From assembly GCA_964016885.1 (NCBI GenBank), contig OZ024755.1:36952001-37016000 (forward strand): 64,000 bases of DNA, in the 5' to 3' direction. Of this stretch, positions 40,442 to 55,350 are shown in pieces. This stretch comes from Eledone cirrhosa (Eukaryota). How positions within the stretch are numbered: the first letter of the stretch is position 1; every line of letters starts with the position of its first letter. A program made the position numbers and the translations under genes. The notes under the pieces are model-generated. The model searched no databases, had not been told where the DNA came from, and was given only the letters and a program-made list of their open reading frames with translations.

Positions 40442-40595
40442 TCAACATATATATATATATATAAATCATCTTGACTCTGTTTTCCTGTGATTTTCATCGA
40501 AAATTTTTGAATGCATCTTCTCTCTTCGTGATATTTGGATTACATTGAGTTCTTCATACGGATTGGACACTGCCGTATATTTTGGTAGATTTATC

Positions 40596-40661
<66 letters not shown>

Positions 40662-40710
40662 TTTATTTTATAGAAGGAGCTTCTACAGGACTAGTACCTT
40701 TCTAGTACCT

Positions 40711-40759
40711 GCTTCCTGAAGATTTCATCTGAATGAAACAGTACTAGTCCTGTAGAAGC
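40711..40759 (+). ncRNA. Type I hammerhead ribozyme (family A variant)
   Basis: GCTTC CTGAAGA TTTCATCTGAAT GAAA CAG-tACTAGTc-CTG TA GAAGC; an inverted partial copy lies at 40658-40697. Confidence 0.82.
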
Positions 40760-40846
40760 TCCTTCTATAAAATAAAAAAATTTTACTCTGCCATGTATTG
40801 AGTACCTTACTTACTGTGGTTATCCCCGACTCAACCCGGGACCTAC

Positions 40847-40900
<54 letters not shown>

Positions 40901-41942
40901 GGTATACAAGGATGCAATTTACTTCTAGCACTCAACGTCATATTACTTCCTAAAAACAAGGATGGAGGAGTATATTAATAAAGAGGAAAATGCGAAGTTG
41001 AAGATGTTAGTGCCTTTTATTAATTGTGCTGTTATACATATTTCAATGACGATAGATATCGTGATTTATTCAGACATCAAAAATTGATTAAAAGGTAACA
41101 TTTCCGAGGCAATTTTGGGTGGAAGGGAGCGGACTAAAAACATGTGTTTTTGCTTGGAGCGCCCGCTCCCTACTAACTTTCGGAACATCCTGACAGCCCT
41201 GCTTAGTCACAGGGGTGTGGGTGGCTGACTACTCAACTACAAGCGACAATACCACCAACCTTATTTGTTCTCTCTAACTACCAGTCCCCCACCACCTCGG
41301 CCGACACCTCGATATGGTCAAGTGAAAGTTCAAACAAGCCAAAATTTATTTACTGCTAGGTTGGGTGCCGGCAGGATTTTAGTGCGTTCATCCACGTAAC
41401 CCCAACCCCCAAATGAGAAATTTACCTACAGCTATGGTTAATATAACTTATAGAAAATGTTTAAAGTTTCACAACCTGAAAATCCCACTAACCCTATCGA
41501 CCCACTTCCTGCTATTTCAAGCGTTAACCTAATATATTCCTTCCATATACTGTACCGATTGTGTTGTTATTTCCGTTTATCTTTTACATACATACATACA
41601 TATATATTAACAATTCTGAAAAGGAAATAGAAAATAAATTGATAGCATGTAAATGCCATCTTTGTAGAAATATTAACATGAAATATCTGCGCAGAGCAAC
41701 TTTAGACAAAGGTATTAATGAAAAATTATACTTCTTCCATTAAAAAAAAATCAAGATATTTATTCTCTTACAATCGTTTCGAATGATGAGATATGACTGA
41801 GAATTATTCGAAGTGTCGGTAAAATTCGTTTCATCTGGTCATGTCAGTCTATAAATTTAAATCTCCCCTCTGAGGAGAGTGAATTATGAACATGTCGACA
41901 TATTTTTGAATTTTTTTTTATGAAAGAAGTATAATTTTCTAT

Positions 41943-42105
<163 letters not shown>

Positions 42106-42285
42106 AATAGATAAATAAATGCCATTGTTAAATAATAAATAAATCAACTAATACCTTAATACTTCACACAAAGTAAAACATTTCGTTTTAATCATTTTCT
42201 AACCCAGAAAAGAGAGAGAGAGAGAGTGACGCAAAAAAAGGAAAACAAATATTTTTCTACCTCATAATCGTCTCTTTCTCCCTGT

Positions 42286-42341
<56 letters not shown>

Positions 42342-42635
42342 GGAATAGAATGAAACGAAATTTCATTTCTCACTCATATACGGCACTTACTTAAATTTAA
42401 GTATGTATGTATGTATACGTACATGCATATATGTATACAGACGCACAATAGTATGTATATATATATATATATATACATACATGCACACATATATATATGC
42501 ACGTATCGGTTTACCGAACACTTACTATAATGCTCGGTTTGTTTGTTTGTAAATAAACAAACAGCCCGAATTACGCCGTACAGTGTTTAGGCAAGCACGT
42601 CACCTTTTTGTTCAACACTGACACACACACACACA

Positions 42636-42728
<93 letters not shown>

Positions 42729-42936
42729 CGTTTCTGAATTTGTTTAGCAAGATTCTTTATCTGAAATCGTGTGTTGAAACCGATATTGTTATACTTTGGG
42801 AGGGTCATGTTGCCAATAAGAAACACACGCACCAGTTGCTTTCACTTCAATTTATTATAATAAATTTATAAATTTAGGAATTTATAAATTTCTGGTTGGT
42901 TGGTTGGTTCCACAACCAGGTGGTTGTTTATATATT

Positions 42937-42979
42937 GTCAAAGTTCTTTCGTCACACATTCTGTGACCTCTTCAGTGAC
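42937..42979 (-). ncRNA. Minimal hammerhead-like motif in the PLE 3' region
   Basis: Minus strand: GTCA CTGAAGA G GTCACA-gaatg-TGTGAC GAAA GAAC TT TGAC; one extra nucleotide after A9, stem III essentially absent. Confidence 0.6.
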
Positions 42980-43181
42980 TGGGGATTCTTTTCTTTGTTT
43001 TTTGTGCCTCTCCTTTGTTCTGTCCTACGCCATCTTGTTTTTGTGTGTGTGTTGTGTGCTTAGTTTGCGCATGTGTTACATCCGGGTGTCTGTGTGTGTT
43101 TATATTCGTTTATTTATTTGTTTATTTACATGTTACTGGTTGGTTGTTTGTTCTATGTGCGTGTGTGTTTTCATTTTGTCC

Positions 43182-44042
43182 TTAATTGTAAGTTGTGATG
43201 TTGCTGTTCCACTCATGTTTTCTGTTTAATTTTGGTTGTAATTCATTTATGTTTATTGCCTCTGTGATTTGTCTAAACATTGCGTCTTTTCTGTGTGTAG
43301 ATTCTATTTTTATTTCTATGTTCTCTAATTTACCCTTATGTTCTATTTTAGCATGTTGGTAAAGTACAGATGATTCTTTACTATCTTGAAGGTCTCGCCA
43401 GTGTTCATTTATCCGTTCCCCTATACTACGAGCTGTCTCACCGATGTATACTATATTTTTATCTCTACATTGTCCTTCAGTACATCTTATGTTATATACT
43501 ACATTTCTAGTTTTACAGTTAATATGGGGGCTTAATTTACAGATTATACATTTCTTATCTATACAGGGAGGTCTTTGAAAAGGGTATGTCTTGCTAATAA
43601 GTGTTTTTATGGAGGTACCTGGTCTTTCTACTATCTTAATATTGAGTTTATGTTTATCTAGGGCCCTTCTAAATTTGTAAGCTAATTCACCTCTAGGGGT
43701 TGTATCGATGAACATTACACTCTGGTATTTATTGCTATCATACCATGAGTTTATTCTATTAGCCTTATTCCTAGTTCTTTCTATTCTATTCCAAAATTTG
43801 CTCCTATACAAGGGGCAGGTCCCATTTGTGTCATTATTTACCATTTTTTCCCATTTGGTTCTGGCTCCTCTATACACTCTGATTTTATCTCTATGATTGT
43901 AACCAGAGAACTGCATACGGTGGATGAAGTGTTGTATGTGTCTCTCTAGTTCTTCGGGGTTGCACATGCGGGACACGTTTCTCATCACCCATACCAAATC
44001 CGTAATCAGTATGTTGATTTTGGTATGGTCCGAAACAGCCAA
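43182..44042 (-). CDS. PLE ORF C-terminal part (RT thumb, Cys-rich linker, GIY-YIG endonuclease); 5'-truncated but open over 286 codons
   Basis: RMQFSGY; PLYRSKFW; SVMFIDTTP; C..C..C; NVVYNIRC...VYIGETARSIGERINEH; RQITEAINI...LN. Confidence 0.85.
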   Translation of the reverse strand: MAVSDHTKINILITDLVWVMRNVSRMCNPEELERHIQHFIHRMQFSGYNHRDKIRVYRGARTKWEKMVNNDTNGTCPLYRSKFWNRIERTRNKANRINSWYDSNKYQSVMFIDTTPRGELAYKFRRALDKHKLNIKIVERPGTSIKTLISKTYPFQRPPCIDKKCIICKLSPHINCKTRNVVYNIRCTEGQCRDKNIVYIGETARSIGERINEHWRDLQDSKESSVLYQHAKIEHKGKLENIEIKIESTHRKDAMFRQITEAININELQPKLNRKHEWNSNITTYN

Positions 44043-44064
44043 AATATCTGATCCACCGAAACTC

Positions 44065-44285
44065 AGCTATACTCAGTAATTGATCTATGTAAGGTTAGTT
44101 ACAAACTATCAGATAAAGAGAATATTTACTTACATGCATATCACCAGCTGTTTTCAAAAGCAATAATAATTTTATTCAATAATGATTTTATTCAGAATTA
44201 GTAGTACGTTAGTATCATGTCCTTATTTGGAGGTACTCTGATAGTTTGCAACTAACCTTACATAGATCAATTACTGAGTATAGCT
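44065..44285. repeat. 49-bp inverted repeat near the PLE 5' truncation point
   Basis: 44065-44113 versus 44237-44285, one mismatch. Confidence 0.9.
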
Positions 44286-44510
44286 ACAATGTATTATCAT
44301 CATCTAGAAACGATCGTAAAGCAGTGAAGTATATCTCTAATGACTTGATCTTTTATTTCATTGTTTTAACTTATATCATGACTCTGTTTTCCTTTTAATG
44401 TTTTATTGTTTTCCGAGATTTATCTTAACCTACATTTTCAACATATGGATTACATCGAGTTCTTCATATAGAATAGACCCCACAGCTTACTGTGGATACC
44501 TCTGTGTGTG

Positions 44511-44573
<63 letters not shown>

Positions 44574-45160
44574 CCAAATTAAAATATATATATATATGTA
44601 TATATACATAGATACATAGATACATACATATATATTTATATACAATGATATTAAATAAATGGAAACTATATTTATAAAACCATATTTATTCTATTATATA
44701 TATTTCAAATAAAGAAATCATTATTATTAAATAAAGAAATCATTATATATATATTTCAAGGGTACCGAAATATCACCAGACGAACTTATACATCGAACGG
44801 AAATACGCGGTGTCTAACAGGAACACAGTTAAGTCTGCTCAGATAGTAACAATGTTTTGTGTAACTGGATCAATATATTAACATTCTTTTTCACCTTTCT
44901 TCATATCTTTACAACATACTTTCAGCATTTTTATGTACCCCCCCTCTCACTCGCTCTCTTCCGCCATTTTCCTTTCTTATTTTATCTCTTGGTTTTATCT
45001 ATTTTAATCCCTCAAAATTGACACAACTCACATCATTTGTACACTGTTGTGGATAACATCACTGCCTAGTCTTACACATTCCCTTTTATGTTATCAAAGA
45101 AAACACACACTACTAACCTTGAATAATTTTGTATAATTTCATCATTATTTACTACATTTT

Positions 45161-45354
45161 TGGGCGGTGGATTGGCAGTATCGGAAGAGGGTCGGACGCC
45201 ATGCTTTGCAGCAAAGAGTTACGGCCCTTTATGCCCTGAGTTCAAATCCCGCCCAGGTTAACTTTACCGTTCATTCCTTACGGGGTCGATAAAATAAATT
45301 ACCAGTAATGCACTGGCTAATTGCTGGCCTTGTGCCAAAAGTAGAAACAATTAT
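45161..45354 (+). mobile_element. tRNA-SINE, full length
   Basis: Consensus match. Confidence 0.9.
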
Positions 45355-45439
45355 TTGCTTCATTTTTGCGTATATATTTACTGAGATAAGACCCAAATCG
45401 CATGTCATCCGTGCCATGTATCTAAACTATAATAAATTA

Positions 45440-45855
45440 AGGAGTGCGGGACAGCGTCCAGAATATATTTTTTTTATCCCGTTTGTAAAATAAGTTGGAT
45501 TACTTTGAAAAAATAATGAATGAATATTACATAATTTATCTACTAAATTTCGTTATTTTTTATTAAATATAAATAATTTTGTCGCTTATTTTAAGATTTA
45601 CTTCTTTAAAATTTTCAAATGTCAACTCTTCCGATCAGCGATTGCTTAAATAAACAGTCATATATTTCCGTGAATGGATTAGGTCACTGATTACTTAAGA
45701 CAGTGTAACGCAGTCTTCGTTCAATTTCTGTGTATATTGTCAATTACGATTTTATTTGATGTATCATATCTACATGTATATATACTTGCGTATAACATCA
45801 ACATGCACACTACATATGCTAGCAGAAAACCACCCGAAGGGTGATTTTCTGCTTG
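45440..45855. mobile_element. Unclassified interspersed repeat
   Basis: Inverted homologue at 57930-58635 (interrupted by a SINE) and a fragment at 63866-63962. Confidence 0.6.
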
Positions 45856-46336
45856 TATGTATAATATTTTCATGTAAGAAAACCAATAAGGTTTAAGTTA
45901 GAATTGTTTAAAATATTCAATGGTTCAATATCTTTGAGAGTACTCCAATATCAATTATGCTATACTACGATCCAGAAGTTTCTTTAGGCGATATGCGTTT
46001 GTTAATCACCTCCTATAATCATATTTGGCTGGAGATTATCATTGTCCTCTTCGTTTATATTCTACATTTTTCAACATTCAGATAATTATAAAAGAAATAC
46101 GTTATCGAGCATGCAAAGATGGGATTACAGAAATAAATGAAATTATTCTCCTGTAAAACTCAAAAACGAACAACGCATCACATGTATCGTTATGAAAGAT
46201 TTCTGACCAGATATGTTGCTTTGGTCATCATATGGAATTAAGCAACGACATACATATTTGTAGTAGGCAGAAAAATATAAATAACAATAACAGGAACAAC
46301 AACAATAATAATAACAAAAATAAAAACAACAACAAC

Positions 46337-47162
46337 AATAATTGTTTCTATTTTAGGCACAAGGCCAGCAATTACCCGGTACATTACTGGTACTTTATTT
46401 TATCGACCCCGTAAGGATGAAAGGCAAAGTTAACCTTGGCGGGATTTTAACTCAGATCATAAAGGGACGTAACTCTATGCTTCAAAGCATCGTGTCTGAC
46501 CCTCTACCGATACTGCCAATCCAATAATAATAGTTTCTTATATAGGCACAAAGCCATCAATTTTGGGGAGGGGAAAGTCGATTAAATCGATCCCAGTGTG
46601 TGACTGGTACTTTATTTTATCGACCCCGTAAGGATGAAAGGCAAAGTTAATCTCGGCGAGATTTGAACTCAGACCGTAAAGGGCCGTAACTCTATGCTAC
46701 AAAGCATGGCATCCGACCCTCTACCGATACTGCCAATCCACCGCCCTACAATAATAATAATAATAATAATTGTTTCTACTTTTGGTACAAGGCCAGCAAT
46801 TCACCAGTGTATTACTGGTATTTTATTTTATCGACCCCGTAAGGATGAAAGGCAAAGGTAACCTCGGCGGGATTTGAACTCAGATCATAAAGGGCCGTAA
46901 CTCTTTGCTGAAAAGCATGGCGTGCGACCCTCTACCGATACTGCCAATCCACCTCCTTACAAAAGTTATTAAATATTGTTTTCTACTTTTGGCACAAGGC
47001 CAGCAATTACCCAGTACATTACTGGTACTTTATTTTATCGACCCCCGTAAGGATGAAAGGCAAAGTTAACCTCGGCGGGATTTGAACTCAGAATGGCAAG
47101 GGACGTAACTCTATGCGTCAAAGCATGGCGTCCGACCCTCTACCGATACTGCCAATCCACCG
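46337..47162 (-). mobile_element. Array of four head-to-tail tRNA-SINEs
   Basis: Copies at about 46337-46523, 46525-46747, 46768-46958 and 46975-47162. Confidence 0.9.
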
Positions 47163-47319
47163 GGAATTGCCCACATACTAAGGAAGATTCTGTCAATATA
47201 AATATATAACAGGTCTAAACGCCTAAAGATAACATGTGTGTGTGCGTATGTATGTATGTGTGTGTGATTTTTCTTGAACATAGCGGTACTATTATGTTTC
47301 CTTCCATTGTATAGTAAAG

Positions 47320-47479
47320 TCTACGTCATTTTTATTTTATTCATTTATTTATTTTTTCTTGTCTCTGTCTCTGCGCATGCGTTTGCGTGTGTGTTCGCGT
47401 TTGAGTGTATGTGTTTTTGTTTTTGTATTCTATATTTGTTCATTAGCGTATGTTTATATGTGTTTGTTGTTATTGTACT

Positions 47480-47536
<57 letters not shown>

Positions 47537-47915
47537 TTATTTATATTTCGCTTAAGCCAGTAGTGTATTTTTGGGTATGGTTGTTGTTGTTATTCTCTTC
47601 GTTCTTTCTGTTTAACGTTGGTCTTCTCAGTTCTATCTCAGTTGCTTCAATGATTTGCCTACCAATTCAGTCATTTCTATGCTTCGATATTATTTTAATT
47701 TCTATGTTGTCTGTATTACAGTCATGTCTTTGTCTGGCGTTTTCATATAATTCTGAGCCGTTTTTTTCTTTTCGTCCTTTTAGTTCCTCCCAATGTTGGT
47801 CTATTCTTTCTCCTATGCTTCGAGCTGTTTCACCTATGTATGTTGTTGTCATGTTTCTGCAAGTAACCTCTGTACATCTTATGCTATAGACTACATTTCT
47901 AGTTTTATAATTTAT
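47320..47915 (-). pseudogene. PLE GIY-YIG fragment plus 3' UTR, close relative of 53945-55250
   Basis: KTRNVVYSIRCTEVTCRNMTTTYIGETARSIGERIDQHW. Confidence 0.85.
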
Positions 47916-48153
47916 CCAGCAGTCACCCATACATACCATCTCGCCTCTCCACGCCATCGATGTTGTCCAAAGGAAAGGCAATGGTCGATACAGCTTGCCA
48001 CCAGTGACATCGCAAATCATATATATACTATATATACATTATATATACACTTTATATACACTATATATGGTGTTGTCCAAGGGAAAGGCAATGGTCGATA
48101 CAGCTTGGCACCAGTGACGTGACAGCACAAATCTATATATATAAAACAGAGGA

Positions 48154-48217
<64 letters not shown>

Positions 48218-48993
48218 TGTGAGATTGAATCCCTAAAACTCGAGAAGTACCCAACCGATCTTTTAAAAACTTTACATGTGTATTACTTATGTTTCAGGGA
48301 GTGTTATGCACATAAAATTCAACTTTTTGATACCCTAGGGCCCGCATTAGGTGAAAAACTGCGTTTTTTCAGCTTTTTAGGGTTTTTTTGAGGCGTTACA
48401 TCAGACCGATTTCCGTGAAATTATAACTATTTATTAGTCAGTCTCTTCTTGATACCGTGAGCATAGAAAATCCAACTTTTTTATGGCTTAGGGCCCGCAT
48501 TAGGTGAAAAACTTCATATTTTCAGCTTTTTACTGCTTTTTTGGGGCCTTACGTCTAGCCGATTTTCCCGAAATTTCAAGGCATATTATGCACATAAAAA
48601 AATACATTTTCTTGATCCCCTAGGGCCTGCATTAGGTGAAAACCTGCATTTTTCCTGCTTCATCGAGGAAAATCTTAAAGATTATCCAGCCATTAGAGTA
48701 TTCGGTTTATTGTCTTTACATATTGTCCATGCATGCAGTTTTTCCACAATTAGGTCTGTTGGCAGCCCGCGTTCCAAAATACCTTATCCCGTGCTTATAC
48801 CTTATCTTGTTTCTACTTTTGGCACAAGATCCAGGCAAAGTTAACATTGACTGGATTTGAACATTTATAATATACATTTGATATACACGATATATGATGT
48901 TGTCCAAGAGAAAGGCAATGGTCGATACAGCTTGGTACCAGTGATGTAGCAACTCATATATATATTATATATACATTATATATACACTGTATT

Positions 48994-49183
48994 AGGGCGG
49001 TAGATTGGCAGTATCGGTGGAGGGTCGGATGCCATGCTTGCCAGCATAGTTACGTCCCTTTACGATCTGAGTTCAAATCCCGCCGAGGTTGACTTTGCCT
49101 TTCATCCTTACGGGGTCGATAAAATAAAGTACCAGTAATGCACTGGGTAATTGCTGGCCTTGTGCCTAAAGTAGAAACAATTA
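48994..49183 (+). mobile_element. tRNA-SINE, full length
   Basis: Consensus match. Confidence 0.9.
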
Positions 49184-49209
49184 TATATACACTGTATATA
49201 CACTGTATA

Positions 49210-49410
49210 TGATGTTGTCCAAGAGAAAGGCAATGGCCGATAGGGCTTGGTACGTGTGACGTAGCAAAACACTTCTATAGCTGAGTAAACTGAAGCAACG
49301 TGAAATAAAGTGTCTTGCTCAAGAACACAATGTAAAGCCTGCACCGAATATCGAACTGACAACCTCCCGATTGTAAGCTCGACGTTCTAACTACTGCTAT
49401 GAGCCTTACA
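49210..49410 (-). mobile_element. Second SINE family (tRNA-like head plus gtgttcttgagcaagacac core)
   Basis: Minus strand has a B-box-like GTTCGATATTC and the core motif; tail fragments are repeated at 47957, 48070 and 48895. Confidence 0.6.
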
Positions 49411-49572
49411 TGCTCATATAGCAATGCAGTCGTAATAACTCAGCCTGCTTCTTCAACAGTATTCAGTTTTTTTTTGCGGTGAGGGGAAGTGTTAAAATGT
49501 TTGTAGTAATTCATAGACGGAATATAAGAATTGTTGCATTAGTAAGGCAATGTAGTATACTGAAGTGTGTGT

Positions 49573-49604
<32 letters not shown>

Positions 49605-49788
49605 GATAAGGATTTCAGGTTCACGAACTAAGATAGCAACATAATCCCATCTATATACTGGTGCCCACTGGAGCCAGGAAATGAGATCTACTATATCGCT
49701 GAAGGTATCAATATTCTAGAAATATTTGTGAAATTCTGAAATCCTATATCCAGCTGTTAATATATCAATATGTATGTTGTGTGTGTAT

Positions 49789-49851
<63 letters not shown>

Positions 49852-49856
49852 ATATG

Positions 49857-49943
<87 letters not shown>

Positions 49944-49950
49944 GTATGTA

Positions 49951-50008
<58 letters not shown>

Positions 50009-50022
50009 TATATTTATATGTG

Positions 50023-50063
<41 letters not shown>

Positions 50064-50312
50064 GTATATATGTATATATATATATATACATACATATACA
50101 TACATATATGAATATACATACATATATACTGTATATATACATACATGTATATATACATACATACATATATATATATTTACATATATATATACATACATAT
50201 ATGAATATACATACATATATACTGTATATATACATACATATATATATACATACATACATATATATATATTTACATATATATATTTATACAGAAATACATA
50301 TATACATATATA

Positions 50313-50344
<32 letters not shown>

Positions 50345-50460
50345 CATATATATACATACATATATATACATATATATATATAGATATATATACATACATA
50401 CATATATGTATATGTACATATATATATATATACATATATATATGTACATACATATATATA

Positions 50461-51072
50461 TATGGTGGCTGCCAACTCGTTTTCGAGTACGGCCACTACT
50501 TTATATCCATGTAGGAGAACCCCTACCGATGCGTTGAACGAGTGTGACTATTTAGTCCAGCCAGCGACTTGAAAACTCTGGTACAAACACTACACTTGTG
50601 ACAATTATTGACACATAGTGCTGGGCCCATGGTACCATGTGAGGACAAGTGCAGAGAGATCTCCAGATATAAAGCAATGCCTGTGCCGTGAAGCTTTTAT
50701 AGTGAGCAAAGGCACTGCACAAAGCCAGTCCCACTCTCTTAACCAAGATGATATTTACCAAAAAGAAGAACAAGTCAACATCAATGGATACCATCGGGGT
50801 TGCAGGTGTTATATCAGAGTTTTCCTTCTCCTAGAATTCTGCCTTGACAAAGGCTAAGGGATCATCTCTCCCGGTGATTTTGGATGGCCATTGACTCTTA
50901 AGAGCTCCTTTGCCCTTTGACAGGTTTTATTTTTAGTCCTGCAGGATGTCCAAAGTCACCCTCCTCACCAAGAAACCTTGGTGGGGTTGCCAGTTTAGTC
51001 GCCAACGACCCGACCATGAGACAGGTTGTACTGGGATACATGTTACCAGTAGCACCAACTGGTGACCTGACA
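50461..51072 (-). mobile_element. Second, more complete copy of the 36421-37005 element
   Basis: Near identity along its length; (TA)n on both sides. Confidence 0.75.
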
Positions 51073-51211
51073 TATACATATATATATATATACATACATA
51101 TATATGGGATAACAAGTTATCGTTATAGGTCTCTTCATTCTTTAACTACATACATATATATACATATATATATATATACATACATATATATATATATATA
51201 TACACATATAT

Positions 51212-52495
51212 ATGTAGAAGTTGTATTTAATTTGTCGGAATTCCGACAAACATAAATGTTTATAACTGATATAGAGCACTCAAGAAGTTACTGGAGTAAA
51301 TATTCCAGGATATTAATAAATGGAAACTATATTTATAAAACCATATTTATTTCATTATATATATTTGAAGGGCGACCAAGCCAATCTTGGTGCGCTTTCA
51401 TCAGATAAAATAAAAAAATTGTTTTATAAATAACGACATACCCATGGAAATCACACCTTAACGGTTTATTTTCTTCTTGCAGACATCGCCAAAATTCCAC
51501 TTTCAGAAGTATTTATAATTTATGATATTCATTACACTTGACTATATCTTATACACCTTCAAAATGATCCTATTTTCTTTAAAAAGTTAAAAATTTAAAA
51601 ATTTAAAAATTTAAAAGCAATTTTTTAAAAATGATCTTACTTCTTAATATTTAATATCTCTACTATTTTTACCATTTGACATTAATTTTTTAATTTAATA
51701 TATATATTTAATATATATGTTTTTTATATATATATTTTTTAAATATATTTTTTAATATTTTTTACTTCTGACATTATTTTCCTAATGATACCCCTCTAAA
51801 TATATTTTTTTAGATGTAGATTGATAATCCCTAATTGACATTCTGAAAATTTATCCTCTTTACGATAGTTCTTCGAAAAGCACATTACTTTTTTCCTCTT
51901 CTTTTGATCTTCAAACTTTCACACATCTTTCGACTAAAATAATTAAATGTAAACAACTAATTATTGTAAATTATTTCTATAATACATGCACAATTATTAA
52001 TCTATATAGATATTTATATACTTATAACTTACAACCATAATTCATATAATCTAATTGATTATATAAAATATTATAACTCATAATATAGCTAAATAAATTT
52101 AAATTCTGGAATCATATTCCACCATTCCCCCAAATTGTTAATTCCTTTTAAATTAACATAAATACAAACTCTTCCTTTTTCTTCTTCCTACTCATACATA
52201 CATATATCCTAATTATTTAAATTCTGCATAGCGTCTAAAATAACGTTTTTGCAGCCCTATACCTCAACGCATACTCATCTTAATAATTTGAAATATCTGA
52301 CTTTTCTTCTCTTATCCCTTCACTATCCAAAGAAAACTTGAACCGTTAAAGTATCTTTTCTTGGTTATGTCAAAATTTATAAAACAAACTTTGTATTTTA
52401 TCTTCTGAAAGCGTACCAAAGTTTTGGTACCCTTGAAATATATATAATAGAATAAATATGGTTTTATAAATAGTTTCCATTTATTTAATATCCTC

Positions 52496-52497
<2 letters not shown>
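51212..52497. mobile_element. Family D PLE-type termini in inverted orientation around an AT-rich core
   Basis: 51307-51465 (-) and 52340-52497 (+) are inverted homologues, each with a damaged hammerhead (51348-51412, GAAA to CAAA; 52394-52453, CTTCTGA). Confidence 0.65.
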
Positions 52498-52531
<34 letters not shown>

Positions 52532-52554
52532 TTTTATTTTATTTTATAGAAGGA

Positions 52555-52603
52555 GCTTCTACAGGACTAGTACTGTTTCATTCAGATGAAATCTTCAGGA
52601 AGC
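52555..52603 (-). ncRNA. Type I hammerhead ribozyme (family A), same as 40711-40759
   Basis: Exact reverse complement of the 40711 motif. Confidence 0.82.
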
Positions 52604-53320
52604 TGGGTGTCATATTAAGTTCTGGTATTTATACATTTAGGTAGTGGCAAGGGAGGGTGGTGGATGGGGGGGGGGGTATTTAGATACACAGGACCACTAC
52701 ATGGCACAGGCCGTTTTTTCTATGGGGAGTGGTCAATTAGCCAGAGTGCTTTTTTGAAATAAATAAATAAGTAAATAAATAAATAAATGAATAAATAAAT
52801 AGATAAATGAATAAATAAATAAAATAAATAAAGAAATAAATAAAAAATAAATAAATAAAAACCCCAAGAATAGTAATTCAACAGATATATAGTAGGGAAA
52901 TTTTTTAGGGGGGTTGGTAATAGAAATGAAGCATTTAACAAGACCGAATCATGGCACAGACTGGGGTGAGTGGTCAAGTTAACATACAAGCCACAGGTGG
53001 CCAGAGTGTTTTAGTAGGATGGAAAGAATAAAATATATTTACATACTCACAACCACATACAAAAACACTTACACACACACATATACATATATACTTACAT
53101 ATATATACACACACACACATACATATGTGTGTGTGTGTGTGTGCACACCTACACATTCACACACACATACACATACATATATATATATACACACACACAC
53201 ACATGTGTGCGCATACACATACACACACACACACACACACATACATATACACACACACACACACACATACATTGAGTACCTTACTTACTGTGGTTATCCC
53301 CGACTCAACCCGGGACCTAC

Positions 53321-53435
<115 letters not shown>

Positions 53436-53454
53436 CTTATATATATAAAGTAAA

Positions 53455-53786
<332 letters not shown>

Positions 53787-53944
53787 CACATATACATATA
53801 TATACATGTATATATGCATGTATATATATGTAAATATACATACATATACAGCCAATGGCTGCTCCCTCGTTCTGGGTGTAGATCTTTTAATTAAATATAA
53901 ACATATGGCCCGTTAGGGTAGTTTTAATACAAGGGAACTCTATA

Positions 53945-55350
<1,406 letters not shown>

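Larger units (their letters stand above)
42727..44042 (-). mobile_element. 5'-truncated Penelope-like retroelement: ORF, 3' UTR, hammerhead and terminus ending in (TA)n
   Basis: GIY-YIG-bearing ORF 43182-44042, HHR-like motif 42937-42979, family-J terminus 42727-42835. Confidence 0.85.

Noticed and set aside
49716-50514. Numerous [12 protein letters not shown] ORFs throughout the window
   Set aside because: Translations of (TA)n, (CA)n and (GA)n microsatellites.
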